From: an uncultured Christensenella sp.
GTDB lineage: Bacteria; Bacillota; Clostridia; Christensenellales; UBA3700
Direction: 5' to 3'
NCBI GenBank assembly: GCA_949287655.1
Contig: CASEHD010000009.1
Coordinates: forward strand, 96,223-160,222
Length of the DNA: 64,000 nt
The stretch's first letter is position 1. Each line of letters opens with the position of its first letter. Below, piece after piece: positions 45,971 through 57,300 of the stretch. The notes under the pieces are model-generated. The model had not been told where the DNA came from, made no database searches, and was given only the letters and a program-made list of their open reading frames with translations. A program made the position numbers and the translations under genes.

Positions 45971-48900
45971 TGTTGCAACCTCCGTTACGCTTTTTGTTTC
46001 TGTGCGCGCCTATCGCGAGAGCGCCGACCGCAAGCGACAGCCCGCCGACGGACACCGATATCACCGCAGCCGCGAGCTTCTGATAGCCGGACAGCGCGGC
46101 GCCCGCGTTGAGCGCGGCGACGACGGTTTCCTCAGCCGAGCTCATAAGCGCGTCGTACTTGCTTTCGAGACCGCCTACGACGACCCCGTAAGTGTCGCTC
46201 TTTTCGCCCGTCGCGTTATCCTGCCAACCGAGTACCGCCGCGACCTCTTTCGCTTTTTCAAAGCTGACCTCCGCGTTCAGGTAATTTCTGCCGACGTATT
46301 CTTCGAGCACGTCGTAAGTTATCGTCGCGACGACTTCTTTTACATCGCTTTGATTGTAATTTTCTGTCTGCTTATAGCGCAGATATACGGTTATCTGTCC
46401 CGCGACGTCCGCGGATATTCTGCCGTCCGAAGAAAGCGCGGAGAAAGTCGCCTTGTCGAAAGAATACTCAACCGCGTCTCTTTCGTCGACGGTTATCTCG
46501 ATATATCCGTAACCCATACGCGCGGTCGCGGATATCTCTCTGTCCGCGCGGCCGACCGTTACGTCGACGACGACCGTTGCAGCGTCCTCGTAATTTTCAA
46601 GACCTTTGAGCACGAGACCGACATTGTAGGCGCCCGCGCCGAGGATCGTCTCTCCGCTGTAAACGCTGACCCTGCCGGCAAGCGCTTCATCGCCCGCGAC
46701 GAGTCCGCTCACCGTATAGACGACCGTATTCACGGGGTTGATTATGCTGCCGGTATATACGACCTTTTCGGCAGTCGCGTTGATGACGGGAGCCGCCGCC
46801 TTGCTTATCGTGAAAGTCGCGGCAGCGAGCGCGTTGACCTCGTAATTGCCGTTTCCGACGACCTCTGCCGCCCTGACGTAATAATTGCCGGCGTTGACCG
46901 GAGCGACCCGGGAATAATTCCTGCCGTCTGTCGAATATTCGAACGCAACGCTTATAACGTCGTCGCCGACCAGATTGTCCCAGTCCGCCGCCGCGCCGTC
47001 GTAAGCCGCGCCGTCGTAAGTCTTGTCGTCCGCGGCGATCGTGCCGCTCAGAACGCGTTTGACGACGTTTAAATTTGCGGTAAGAGGCTCTCCGCCGTTG
47101 ACCGCGTAGTTCGCCGCGTTGTCGAGCGTATACTCTACCGTCACGGCTATCGCCGTACCAGCGCCAGTCTCGCCCGCGGCGTATTCTTCGGAATATTCAT
47201 AGCCGGTCACCGCGAATTTATCGCTGCCGACCATACCTTCCGCCCTTATGAAATAGACCTCGTTGCCGCCGAGCGGATCGCCGTAGACGACGGAGTTGTC
47301 TTTAAGAGTTACCGTAACGGGAGCCTTTGCGATATTCACGGTTATTTCAGCCTGTTCCGCGTCCTCGTAATTTTCAAGTCCGCTCAACGTTGCGGTGACG
47401 GTATAGTCGCCGGCGTTCAGCAGTTTTGCAAGACAGAGAGTCTGGACATGCGCCGCCAGGCTTTCGTCGCCCGCGAACAAGCCTTCTACCGTAACGGTCA
47501 CGACGTCTGCGACCGTCTTTTCCCTGCCGTCGTAGACGAGCCCGTCCTTAACGGTCAGCACTATAACGGGAGCCTCCGCCTTTACGATATTGAACTGCAC
47601 GCCGCCAGCGATCTCGCCCATAGCGTAGTTGGGGTTGTCGACAGATGTGACTTTGACGTAATAAGAGCCCGCGTCTATCGGCGCGTTGTTTACGTAACTC
47701 ACGCCGTCCAAAGAGTACTGAACGGTACAGTTGACGACGTCGCCTTCCAGTATGCCTTCGCTGTCTATATACGCGTTGTCATACGGCATTCCGTCGTAAA
47801 CCGCTTCCGGCGCGACGACTGAGCCGTCTATCGTCCTCTTGTCCACGGTGAGTTTCGCCGCTACCGCTTCGCCGTTATTGATAAGATAGTTGTCCGCGTT
47901 TCCGGTCGTGAACGTAAAGTACAGAACGACGTCTACAACGCTTCCCGCCGCCGTCTTTACGACGTAATCGGTCGTATATTCAGCCGTCACCGCGTCCTCT
48001 CCGACCAGTCCGTTCACCGCGGTGTAGAAGTCGGTCGCGGCGTAAGTCAGTTCATTGCCGTAAGTCACGTTTTTATCCGCAGTAACCACTCTTACGACAG
48101 CTTTGTCGACGACGACCTCTTTGCCGACGATGACGACGTCGTTGTAGTTCGCCGGATTGTCAACGCTGAAATTGATCGCGGTGACGATCACTTTGCCGCC
48201 CGCGTCGACAGCCGCCTCGGTATATGTCTCTCCGCTTTCGGTCAAAGTCACTGAGTCGAAATCATACGCGTCGTAAACGCCGCTGACAACGGGATCGGTA
48301 ACGGACTTTTCGCCCGCCGCGCTTACCGCGCTTTCACCGTACGCTATCTTTACGTCGACGCCCGAAAAATCCACCTTCGGGGTCGCCTTTTCAACGCAGT
48401 ATTCGCCTGTGCCCGCCGCAGAGTCGACTATCTCGTAATTCGCGTTTGCAGAAGTCGCGACCACCTTGTAGTAGCCCGCGTTCTTTATCTCAGTCACAGC
48501 CTCGAACGTGCCGTCGGCGGTCGCGCTGTAAGTTATCGCATAAGTTTTTTCGAACGTATCCGCAGTCGTCAGTCCGAAAGAAGTTTTCGCTTCGCCGTCG
48601 TAGACCTTATTCTGCAAAGCCGCCCAGCTCGCGTTGGAGTTTTCGCCTGTGATATAAATCTTCTGCGTGACGACTTTCACCTCAAATTCGACGCTCGCCT
48701 CTTCGTAACGCTGGCTCTTCAAAGTCGCGGTCACCGTGTAATTCGTCTCGCCGACGTCGAGCGCGCTTGCTATCTCAACGCCGCCCACCGAGAATACGAA
48801 ATAATCGGTCTCTTCTTTGACTTCCGCTTTATAATCCACCGCCGCGAGAAGCGCGTTCGCCAGCTTTTCAGCCGTGTTCAGGTATTCCGTCGTAAACACG

Positions 48901-51395
48901 CCGTCGACCACCTTGTCGGTCGTTATCACTTCGACAACCGCGGTCACGGTAAATGTGTAAACGTCCGTTTTAAGCTCGTAGTTCGCGTTGTCGAACGTTA
49001 CTTTCACATAGTATCTGTCCGACTCCGTCGGCATACTTTCCGACCATTCGGTCGCGTCTGCGCTCTTCGCGTAACCGTAAATAAACGTAAGCTCGTCGGG
49101 AAGCTGCGTTTCAGGCATAAACTGCGCCGTCTCGCCGTCCGCCACTTCGATCGTCGTGAACTTGTCCTTGACCAGCGCGCCGGCGATCCGATATTTCGCT
49201 ATGACAGCCGTTGCGGCGCCGGTAGCGATCTCGTAGTTCGCCTCGTTGCCGTTCATCAGGACGTTTGCTATGCCGAGGGTGACCTCTGTGCCCGCCGCGG
49301 TCTTTTCGGTATATCCGGTTATTTCATAGCCTGTAAACGCGTCGGGAGCCTGCACGTTCTCGCCGACCGCAACGCCGCCGACCGCAACTATGCCGACGGG
49401 GTTGTTGTTCTTTACCGTATCGAGGCTGTCGCCGTAAGTGATATTGCCCGCGCCGTCGAACGCTATTTCGAGCGCGAGTTTAGCGATGCTTATCTCTATT
49501 TTCGCGCCGTCCTTTACGTTCATCTTATATATCGCGCCGTTTGCGCTGTCGACGAGGTAGTTGCCCTCCGCGTTGGTCAGTTGCACTTCGGTAAGTCCGG
49601 CGCCCGCGTAAAGACCCTTGTTGAGAGTGAATTCGTATTCGCCCGCCGCGCCGCTGTTGGCTTTTTCGCCGCTGAACACGTTTATGCCGCCCGTCTTGTC
49701 GCCCGCGACCGTCTTAACGCTTATATCTTTGAGATTGTTCACGCCGTCGTAAGTCTTTGAATACGAATATGTGTTGGTGTCTTCCGCATAGGTAAAGCCT
49801 TCCGCAATGTCCGCGCTGCCCATCGTCATAAAGTTGAGCGTATACAGCGTGCCGTAATCCTGCTGATTGCCGGACGAAGTAAACTCAACGTTGGCGAACA
49901 TATCCATCGTAAGATATACGCTGCCCGTCTGAGACTCGTCCGCGACTATCGTATACTCTTCGACGTCGTAGACGTTTTTATCCCTGTCCGTCACCGAATA
50001 AAGCGCGCTTTCGCCTTCCTTCCATACGACGGACTGCTGCGCGGGAATTACCAGTTTACCGCCGCTGACGTACACGGGCGCGGAAATATCGTAAACGATA
50101 CCGCCGTTGTACGTCTCGTTGTCGCCCATGACCCATACGTCGTGTTGCGTGCTGGTGGAAGCGTAGTAAACGTTTTCGATAGTCGTCAACGAAGTATCCG
50201 ATCCGTTTTTTCCGATTAGGGCACCGAAGTTATCATCGTTTGTACCCATATTTTTGCTTTTTATAACACCTGTAAACGAGTAGTTAAGTCCGTCAATATT
50301 CACCGATACCGATCTATCTCCGCTTGGCGATTGAACTTCACCTATTATTCCGCCTGCGTAGCCTGTATTGGGTCTGCCTTTGCTTACGACCCAACTTCCG
50401 ACTGTTACGTTTGCCGAATAATTTTCGTTAAAGTTATATATCTTGCCTGCACCTTCAAGATTGATATTTGTCATCGTAAGTTTTCCGTTGTTTACTCTGC
50501 CGACAAAACCTCCGAGAATGTAATATCTTTCATTGCCGTCTTTTGCTCTCCAACCGCTTATGCCGAAGCCGCCGACAGTCGTCGCGGAAAGATTTTCGTT
50601 GCCCGCGTTCGCGTTGACGGAGACCGTCGTCTCGTCTATCGTCGTATTGCCCGCGATATCGCCGACAACGCCGCCGAGCATCAGATAATTGGGAGCGCCC
50701 GAATTTCTTGAAGTATAGTCGTAAAGATAGTTGGTGTTTTTCTTGTTTGCGTCGGCGGTGCCGTAAGCCTCGTTGGAAGCCCAGTTAAGATCTACGCGCA
50801 CGTTCTCTATCTTTGCGTTATTGGTCGCCTGACCCGCGATAATACCTGCCAGAGCGCCGACCTGATCCGCGCCTATCGTATACTTGGATACGACAATTTT
50901 AACGTTCTTGACCGTGCCGCCGTCTATCGCTTTGAACAGACCGCCGACGATCTGCTCGGTGCCGCCGCTTGTCGTAAGTGTGCCTTCGACGCTTATCTTG
51001 ATCGTATGTCCGTTGCCGTCCAGAATACCTTTCAGCGCGGTCACGGTATCGTAACTGCTGACGGTGATATCCTCGTCCAGGTAGTAATACATATTCGTAT
51101 TGTCTTTGCCCGGAATATAACTGTTCCAGCCTGTCTGCGTTATCTTCTGCGCGGTATATCCTTCCGGCACGTTGGCGGTCGGGTCGTAATCCGAAGCGAC
51201 GCTTCCGTTGGCGACGTAGCCTTCGTCCACGGCTATTTCAGCCGCATATACGGTCTGCGCGCCGCCGCCCGCAACGATATTTTCAACCGTTTCGCCCAGG
51301 ATAAATGTCAGCGCGACCGCTACCATAAGGAGCAGTGCGGTGACTACCGCCGCGATATTATATCTTTTTCTTGTCATCTTCTCGCCTCCTCTCAT
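45960..51395 (-). CDS. 1,811-aa surface repeat protein: N-terminal TM, GLUG-like region, ~12 MBG/YDG-type repeats, C-terminal TM plus basic tail
   Basis: N-terminal TM is IAAVVTALLLMVAVALTFILG. GLUG-like motifs include GGLFKAIDGGTVKNVKI, LGGVVGDIAGNTTI, GGFVGRVNNGKLT and AGGIIGEV. Repeats of about 80 aa carry the signature K.YDG...NAG.Y.V......NY......F.I.KA. The C-terminus is LAAAVISVSVGGLSLAVGALAIGAHRNKKRNGG, and there is no LPXTG. Confidence 0.8.
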   Translation of the reverse strand: MRGGEKMTRKRYNIAAVVTALLLMVAVALTFILGETVENIVAGGGAQTVYAAEIAVDEGYVANGSVASDYDPTANVPEGYTAQKITQTGWNSYIPGKDNTNMYYYLDEDITVSSYDTVTALKGILDGNGHTIKISVEGTLTTSGGTEQIVGGLFKAIDGGTVKNVKIVVSKYTIGADQVGALAGIIAGQATNNAKIENVRVDLNWASNEAYGTADANKKNTNYLYDYTSRNSGAPNYLMLGGVVGDIAGNTTIDETTVSVNANAGNENLSATTVGGFGISGWRAKDGNERYYILGGFVGRVNNGKLTMTNINLEGAGKIYNFNENYSANVTVGSWVVSKGRPNTGYAGGIIGEVQSPSGDRSVSVNIDGLNYSFTGVIKSKNMGTNDDNFGALIGKNGSDTSLTTIENVYYASTSTQHDVWVMGDNETYNGGIVYDISAPVYVSGGKLVIPAQQSVVWKEGESALYSVTDRDKNVYDVEEYTIVADESQTGSVYLTMDMFANVEFTSSGNQQDYGTLYTLNFMTMGSADIAEGFTYAEDTNTYSYSKTYDGVNNLKDISVKTVAGDKTGGINVFSGEKANSGAAGEYEFTLNKGLYAGAGLTEVQLTNAEGNYLVDSANGAIYKMNVKDGAKIEISIAKLALEIAFDGAGNITYGDSLDTVKNNNPVGIVAVGGVAVGENVQAPDAFTGYEITGYTEKTAAGTEVTLGIANVLMNGNEANYEIATGAATAVIAKYRIAGALVKDKFTTIEVADGETAQFMPETQLPDELTFIYGYAKSADATEWSESMPTESDRYYVKVTFDNANYELKTDVYTFTVTAVVEVITTDKVVDGVFTTEYLNTAEKLANALLAAVDYKAEVKEETDYFVFSVGGVEIASALDVGETNYTVTATLKSQRYEEASVEFEVKVVTQKIYITGENSNASWAALQNKVYDGEAKTSFGLTTADTFEKTYAITYSATADGTFEAVTEIKNAGYYKVVATSANANYEIVDSAAGTGEYCVEKATPKVDFSGVDVKIAYGESAVSAAGEKSVTDPVVSGVYDAYDFDSVTLTESGETYTEAAVDAGGKVIVTAINFSVDNPANYNDVVIVGKEVVVDKAVVRVVTADKNVTYGNELTYAATDFYTAVNGLVGEDAVTAEYTTDYVVKTAAGSVVDVVLYFTFTTGNADNYLINNGEAVAAKLTVDKRTIDGSVVAPEAVYDGMPYDNAYIDSEGILEGDVVNCTVQYSLDGVSYVNNAPIDAGSYYVKVTSVDNPNYAMGEIAGGVQFNIVKAEAPVIVLTVKDGLVYDGREKTVADVVTVTVEGLFAGDESLAAHVQTLCLAKLLNAGDYTVTATLSGLENYEDAEQAEITVNIAKAPVTVTLKDNSVVYGDPLGGNEVYFIRAEGMVGSDKFAVTGYEYSEEYAAGETGAGTAIAVTVEYTLDNAANYAVNGGEPLTANLNVVKRVLSGTIAADDKTYDGAAYDGAAADWDNLVGDDVISVAFEYSTDGRNYSRVAPVNAGNYYVRAAEVVGNGNYEVNALAAATFTISKAAAPVINATAEKVVYTGSIINPVNTVVYTVSGLVAGDEALAGRVSVYSGETILGAGAYNVGLVLKGLENYEDAATVVVDVTVGRADREISATARMGYGYIEITVDERDAVEYSFDKATFSALSSDGRISADVAGQITVYLRYKQTENYNQSDVKEVVATITYDVLEEYVGRNYLNAEVSFEKAKEVAAVLGWQDNATGEKSDTYGVVVGGLESKYDALMSSAEETVVAALNAGAALSGYQKLAAAVISVSVGGLSLAVGALAIGAHRNKKRNGGCNNEK

Positions 51396-54300
51396 TCGCC
51401 GTCTGCCGGGGTATCTTCACCGGAAGGTACGTCCGGCTCAGGCTCTTCGGGCTGAATTTCGTTTACTTTGCTCATATATACGGTAACTTCGACCGACTGA
51501 ACTTTGCCCGCCGCGTCCGTAACCGATATCTTTACCGTAAACGCCGTCGCGCCCTGCTCCTGCGCCGTCGTGCCGAGCGAGCCGTCGTAATATACGGTCT
51601 CTTCGCCCGGGGTCAGCGCGGAAAAGTCGAGCGCCGCTTCGAGAGAAGCGGTCTCGCCTCCCTCGAATACAGCTGTCAGGGTCGCGGTAGCAGTCGGAGC
51701 GGATACCGCTTCGTAAGAAACGCCGTTTATCTCAACCGTCACAGTGCCCGCCGTCTCGTCGTAAGCCGCGTAATACTCGCCCGTTATCCCGCTGAAACCG
51801 GTCAGCTTTTTCGCCGTCACGGTCACGGGTACGATCACGCTGTAAGTCTTGCCGTTGTATACGAAACTTGCCGCCGCGAGATATTCGCCGCCTGTCGCGG
51901 AAAAATCCACTCCGCTCAGATTCCAGCCGGTCACGGTGACGTTAAAGCTCGTATTGCCGCTGCCGACGGTGATCTCCGTCGGGAACTGAGCCGCGCCGCC
52001 CTCGCCGTACGGGTCGACGGTCACGCCGCCGCCTACGTATTCAAGCGAGCCGCCGATTTTGACCGTCATAGCCTGTCTCTGATAGAACGCCGCGTTCAGC
52101 GCCGCGTCGTCGGAATATCCGATCTCAGCGTATACGGTCACATCGTAATTGCTTGCGTCGAATGTGAGCGTTTCAAAGTTGAGCGCGTAGCCGTTCCTGT
52201 CCGTCCAGCGTATCGGGAGCGCGAGCACGTAGCCGTTGGTGAACCTGACCCACGCCGTGGTCGGGAACAGCGCCGCCTTTTCTTCCGCGGTCATATTATT
52301 GAACGCGAGCGCGTCGATACTTATCGTATTCCTTCTCAGCGCCCTGTCGAAATAGACGCCCTCTATAACATTGCTCTGCACGTCAATGCTCACCGTCTTT
52401 GTCCAGGTGAAGTATTCCGAGCCTGCGAGAGTCGCGGTCGCCCCGCATGTGCCGGACGTGTTGTAAGTCATCGTCGTGAAATCGAATTCCGTGGCGAATT
52501 TGACCTTTACCTCTTCCGACCACTCCTTTCCGTCGTAAACGTAATTAGCGTCCACGTTTGTCGGCCACGGCGAGAAGGTCGAGCCTTCCGTCGCGGTCAG
52601 TGCGTACAGATAATAGTCATACGGATTGACGACAACCGTGTCTTCCTTTCCGTCAATCGTAAGAGAAGTCACTTCTTTGTTTTTTATACGCACGGTAAGT
52701 TCGAGAGTCTGTTCAAGGTTGCCCTTGCCGACGGTCGCCACCGCGGTGAATTCCATACCCGACAGGTCGTTCTCCGTCCTTTGAGCAAACGTCTGCAATA
52801 CCTCCGCGTCGACCGACCAGCTTTCAACGTCAATCGCGCCGTACATTCCGTCCGGATAGGAGAAGAACAGCTGAGCCGGCAACTGACTCATTATGTCGAG
52901 CGCACTGTCGAACGCGTACAGGTCGAGTTCGTATACCCCGCTCTCACCGTCGCTTCCGAGCGCGGTTATCGTGCTGTCGAGATATTCGACGTCGAGCGCG
53001 GCTTCAGCGCCGTTTCTGAACGTTACTGCCGCCTGATACGTTCCGCCGTCTATCGTCGGCGACGGCATCGTCAGGTTCTTTATCGCGGACATCTCCACTC
53101 TGCGCGAGGTCATATTTTTGAAATACACCGTTATCGACGACGGAGCGCTGTCGTATGCGTGGAGCGACACCGTATCTATAAGAGCGGGCTCAAGGTTGGG
53201 ATATACCGTTATCGTGAATTCTCTTTCCCTCGTCACCCCGTTGGGGAATGTCGCGACCGCCTTTCCTTTCAGAACGGTCTCTTCAAAGTTGTCGTTGTTT
53301 GCGTAATTCAGAAGTCCGAGCGAAGTCGTGCCGAGGACGATCTTGTCGCCGTAGCTTTGCGCGTCCTCGTTCCACATATAGAAGCTGACTTCCGCCTTCA
53401 TTACCGTCGTGCCCTGTTGGTAGACCGCGATCTTGTCCGTAAAGTAGTTTTCTATAAATTCGTAGTCGCTTGTCACCGCGTCGTTTTCATAAGCGAGCGG
53501 TTCAAAGAACATATCGAATTGCATATTGCCCCAGTTCACGACGCCCGCCGTACCGCTGCCGTCAACCGTGTTGTCCGGGTCGCCGACCGACGAGAAGCAA
53601 TCGTACAGGTTTATCTCAGTCTTATAGGTATTGCTGCGCTGGTTGGCGTTGTACACCTGATCGTTGGAAACGATATTCGTTTCTGTGGACACGCAGTATT
53701 TTCCGTGGTATTCCAGCACCTCGCCGTCCGCATTTGTGACCGCCTGGTTGTAATCGTAACCCTGAATATAGATGTTGGTCAGCGTGCCGTCCACAAGATT
53801 GAGTCCCGCGTTTACCTCGTTGTATACGGGGAGCGGCAATATAGCCTTGACGATATCGTACACTATGCCGTTGAGCAGGTCTCCTATTGCGCCGTCCAGC
53901 GCACCCGCGACGATACCGCCCACGCCGTCCACTTTATTTTCTATCAACGTCTTGACGATCTGTTTGAGTTCGTTGCTGAGCGTCGACCAGAACGCGTTGT
54001 AGTTGGTCCTGTCCCAGTTCACGTATTTCAGATAGTGCGCGCCGAACATGTCGGGAGCGAGCTTACTGAGGTCTATCTGCGATTCCGCACCGAACACAAG
54101 GTTTCCCATGAGATCGTCGATCAGTTTGTTGAACGTGTAAGAATCAAAGTTGATATTGACGTTCAACGTGCCCGTTGAGCGCATGCTGATATCTATGCCG
54201 CCGCTCAACAGTGCGTTGATATCGAGATTGTCGAAGATATCGGTCTCTATCTTAAGTCCGCCTTCCTCTGCGGTCGTTTCGTCTTCTGCCGCGGCAATCT

Positions 54301-57300
54301 CCGGCACTTCGACTTCAACGCCGTCCTCTGTAAACACGAGAGAGTCGATTATGCTCTGCATTGCGCCGGAAAGCGTGCCGACTATATCCATCTGGAATTC
54401 GAGCATACTGCCTACTATGCTCGCGAGATCTATTGTGAACAGAACATTTACGGTAAACTTGCCGGGCACGAGAATTATCTTCATATTCTTTCCCGTGCCG
54501 TCCGCGCCTAACGCGTCGTCCGAATAGTCGAGCGTGATGTGCAGAAGCGCGTCATCCGCATAATTGGTCGTCGTGTTGTTGAATCTGTCCTCGCTGCTGA
54601 TAAGGTACAACGATATCACCAGGGTCTCCGCCGCAACGCTGTCGCTCGTGCCGTCGAGCGTGAAGTTGCTCTCGCCTTCGACCACGTTCTTTATTCTTAC
54701 GCGCAGATAGCTGTTTCCGCCGCTTTCTACGCTGTTGTTGAGGATATCCAGATTAAAGTCCATATTCAGGCATTTAAGCAGGCTTCTCGTCATCGCCTCG
54801 CCGTCGGTCGCGTCGAGGACTTTTCCCGAATCGCTGGTCACGGTAAAGCTTTCGGCAGGCTTGAGCGCAAGTTCCGCCGTCAGGTTGAAGGTATCGTTTA
54901 CGGATACCGGCAGTTTTATCGTGCCGCCGTCAATGTCTATCTCTCCTTCTTTGACCTCTATATTAACGCCGAGGGTCGTGCCCAGAAGCGCGGTGAAGAT
55001 CGTATCGAAAGTGGACGCCGCGATATTCGCTTTTATCACACCGTCGTATATAGAGATATCGCCGAGGACAGCCGCAAGTATCGCTTTTGTATCCGTACCG
55101 TCCCCTGTCGTCGTTTCGTCCGAAGCCGCGCCGCCGTCGCCCGTCTCCGCAGTCTTGCCCGCGCCCGTTATCAGGTCTGTCAGAAGCGCGCCGAGATCGG
55201 TATCTCTGAGTATGCCGACCTTCTCGTCCAGCATCGTGAACAGACTGGTCGCGAGCTCGCTGTTTTCGACCTTGAATTCAAACAGTCCCATTCCTTCGAG
55301 GTCTACGAAAAGATCTCCTTCCTGTATGCCCAGGGAAAGTATTTTCTTCTGCTCATATCTGAGTTCAAGATATATCTTTGTGTCGTACGGGCTGTCGAGA
55401 TGTATATCCCATTTAAGGTCTAGATACAGCTTCGCGTCGTTCTTGTCGAGAACAAGGTTTATCGGGAAGCCGATATAGCTGCCCTCTTTCGCTAAGATAT
55501 TGTTTAACATCGACGCGATATCTATCGTGTCTTTTTCGTTGGCTATCTGCAGCGTCATGCCAGCCTGCATTGAGTTGGCAAGGTCGAACACGACGTCGTA
55601 CAGCGATTCTTCCGCATCGGCAGCCTTTTCCTTTCCGCGGGCGACCGCCGCAGCGAGGTTGACCGTCGAGCCTATCGAGATCGGATAGCTTTCGGTGCCC
55701 GTTTCAAGAGACAGCGAATAGTCTCCGTATTCTGTCGGAAGCGCCGCGCCGCCGTCGCCGTATACCGTCTTTTTTGGCAGAGTTCCCGAAAGATCGAGAG
55801 TTACGCCCTTCGTGCCGAGCGATACGTCCGCGGTAAGGTCGAGGACGTCCGCGCTTATGCCGGTATCCACGTTCAGCTCTTCGAGAAGTTTAATAAGCGC
55901 CGCGAAAGTTACGCTCGCGGTTATCTTGTCCGCGCTGAGTCCGACAAGCACTGCGCCCGCCTCTGTAAGCTCCGTGCCGCCCGCGGTGCCGTCGCTTTCG
56001 GTCATTATCAGGCTTTCAGCTTCGGACGAGCCGCCGATGAGTCCGCTTAAATCGAATGCAAGGTCTAAGTCCGTCAGATTTTCTCCGTTTATCTTTATAC
56101 CCCCGATAAGATCGAGTACTATATTCGCAAAGTCGAATTCGAACTTATAAACGGGCAGCGTCAGGTACTGAGTCTTTATGCCGCTGAGGTCGAGAAGCAC
56201 CGTCGGAACGCCGTTTTCGTAATAGCCGTAAACGCCGATAATGATATCCCCGCCCGTCTTTTTCAGTTCGAGCGCGAGAGTGCTGTTTTCAGGCTTTTCC
56301 CTGTCGATCGAGAACGCCGCGAGAAGGTCTATGCCGACCTCGTATCTGTCGCCGTCCGCGTTATTCGCGGAAAGACCCAGCGTCGGGTTGTCGCCGCCGG
56401 TATCGATGCCGAATCCCGCCAGCAGCTTCCCTATCGCGTACTCTGCAGCCTCAACGCCGAGCGTACCGTTTGCGTTGACTTCTACGCCTGCAAGCGCGGA
56501 ATATATGAGGTCGCCGAGGTTGGACGTATAGTCGCCGTCCGTGCGCTCAGCGATATAATCGGAAAGGTCCTGCAATGTGCCTTCGAGGAAGCCGACGCGG
56601 AAATCGTGCGCTCTCAAAGTCGCGTTCAGCGGATCGTTCTCGTCGCCGAGGTCGACGGTCGCGACTATGTCGTTCAAGCCGTATTCCGCAAAGTTGACAG
56701 AAAGGCTCATATTGCTGAGACCCGCCGGCAGAGTTATCTTGTTCTCCTCGCCGAGGAAGCCGTTTATCACGTCAAAGAACTTCTGATCGACTTCGACGAT
56801 AAGGCTGTCGCCTTCCTCGTCCACGTAAACGTTTTCCTGCAGACCGATAACGCCGACCACCGCGGAGATAAGACCGCTTATCGTCGGGTTTATGATCGCC
56901 TTTACTTCGCCGCCGTCATCGCTCAACGTCGCTTCGAGCATATTGCCCGAAGAGAGCGACAGCGCCTTAGCTTCGTCAAAATCGGTGCCGAGCGCCTCGT
57001 CTATCGCCTTCGTTACAAGATTCACGAGGTCGCCTATCAGCGCGTCGAGGCTTGCTTCTATCTTTATATTCTTTGCGTTCCAGTAATCGGGTATGAGGTC
57101 GGATAGAGAAATATAGAACGCCCCGTCTCTGTAATAGATACCCAGAGCCGGCGTATCGCCCGTCGGCTGACCGTCCGCGCCGAGCACGTACAGATCGAGG
57201 GCGATAAGGTTGTTGTCCGCCGAAGATCCGGCGTAATTGAGGTCGAGGTCTACCCTCGCGGAAAGTCTGAACCCGAACTCTCCTTCGATTATCAGAGTGT

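Noticed and set aside
45891-47072. 393-aa plus-strand ORF opposite the 1,811-aa gene
   Set aside because: It is an antisense shadow ORF with low-information R/D/V-rich sequence and no RBS. The opposite strand carries clear YDG/NAG.Y repeat units.
51371-54178. 935-aa plus-strand ORF, and similar ones at 54539-55423, 54735-55478, 56606-57106 and 57486-57968
   Set aside because: They are antisense shadows of the 2,443-aa minus-strand gene. The translations are Arg/Val/His-rich junk with no motifs. The minus-strand frame has an RBS, signal peptide, lipobox and recognisable repeats.
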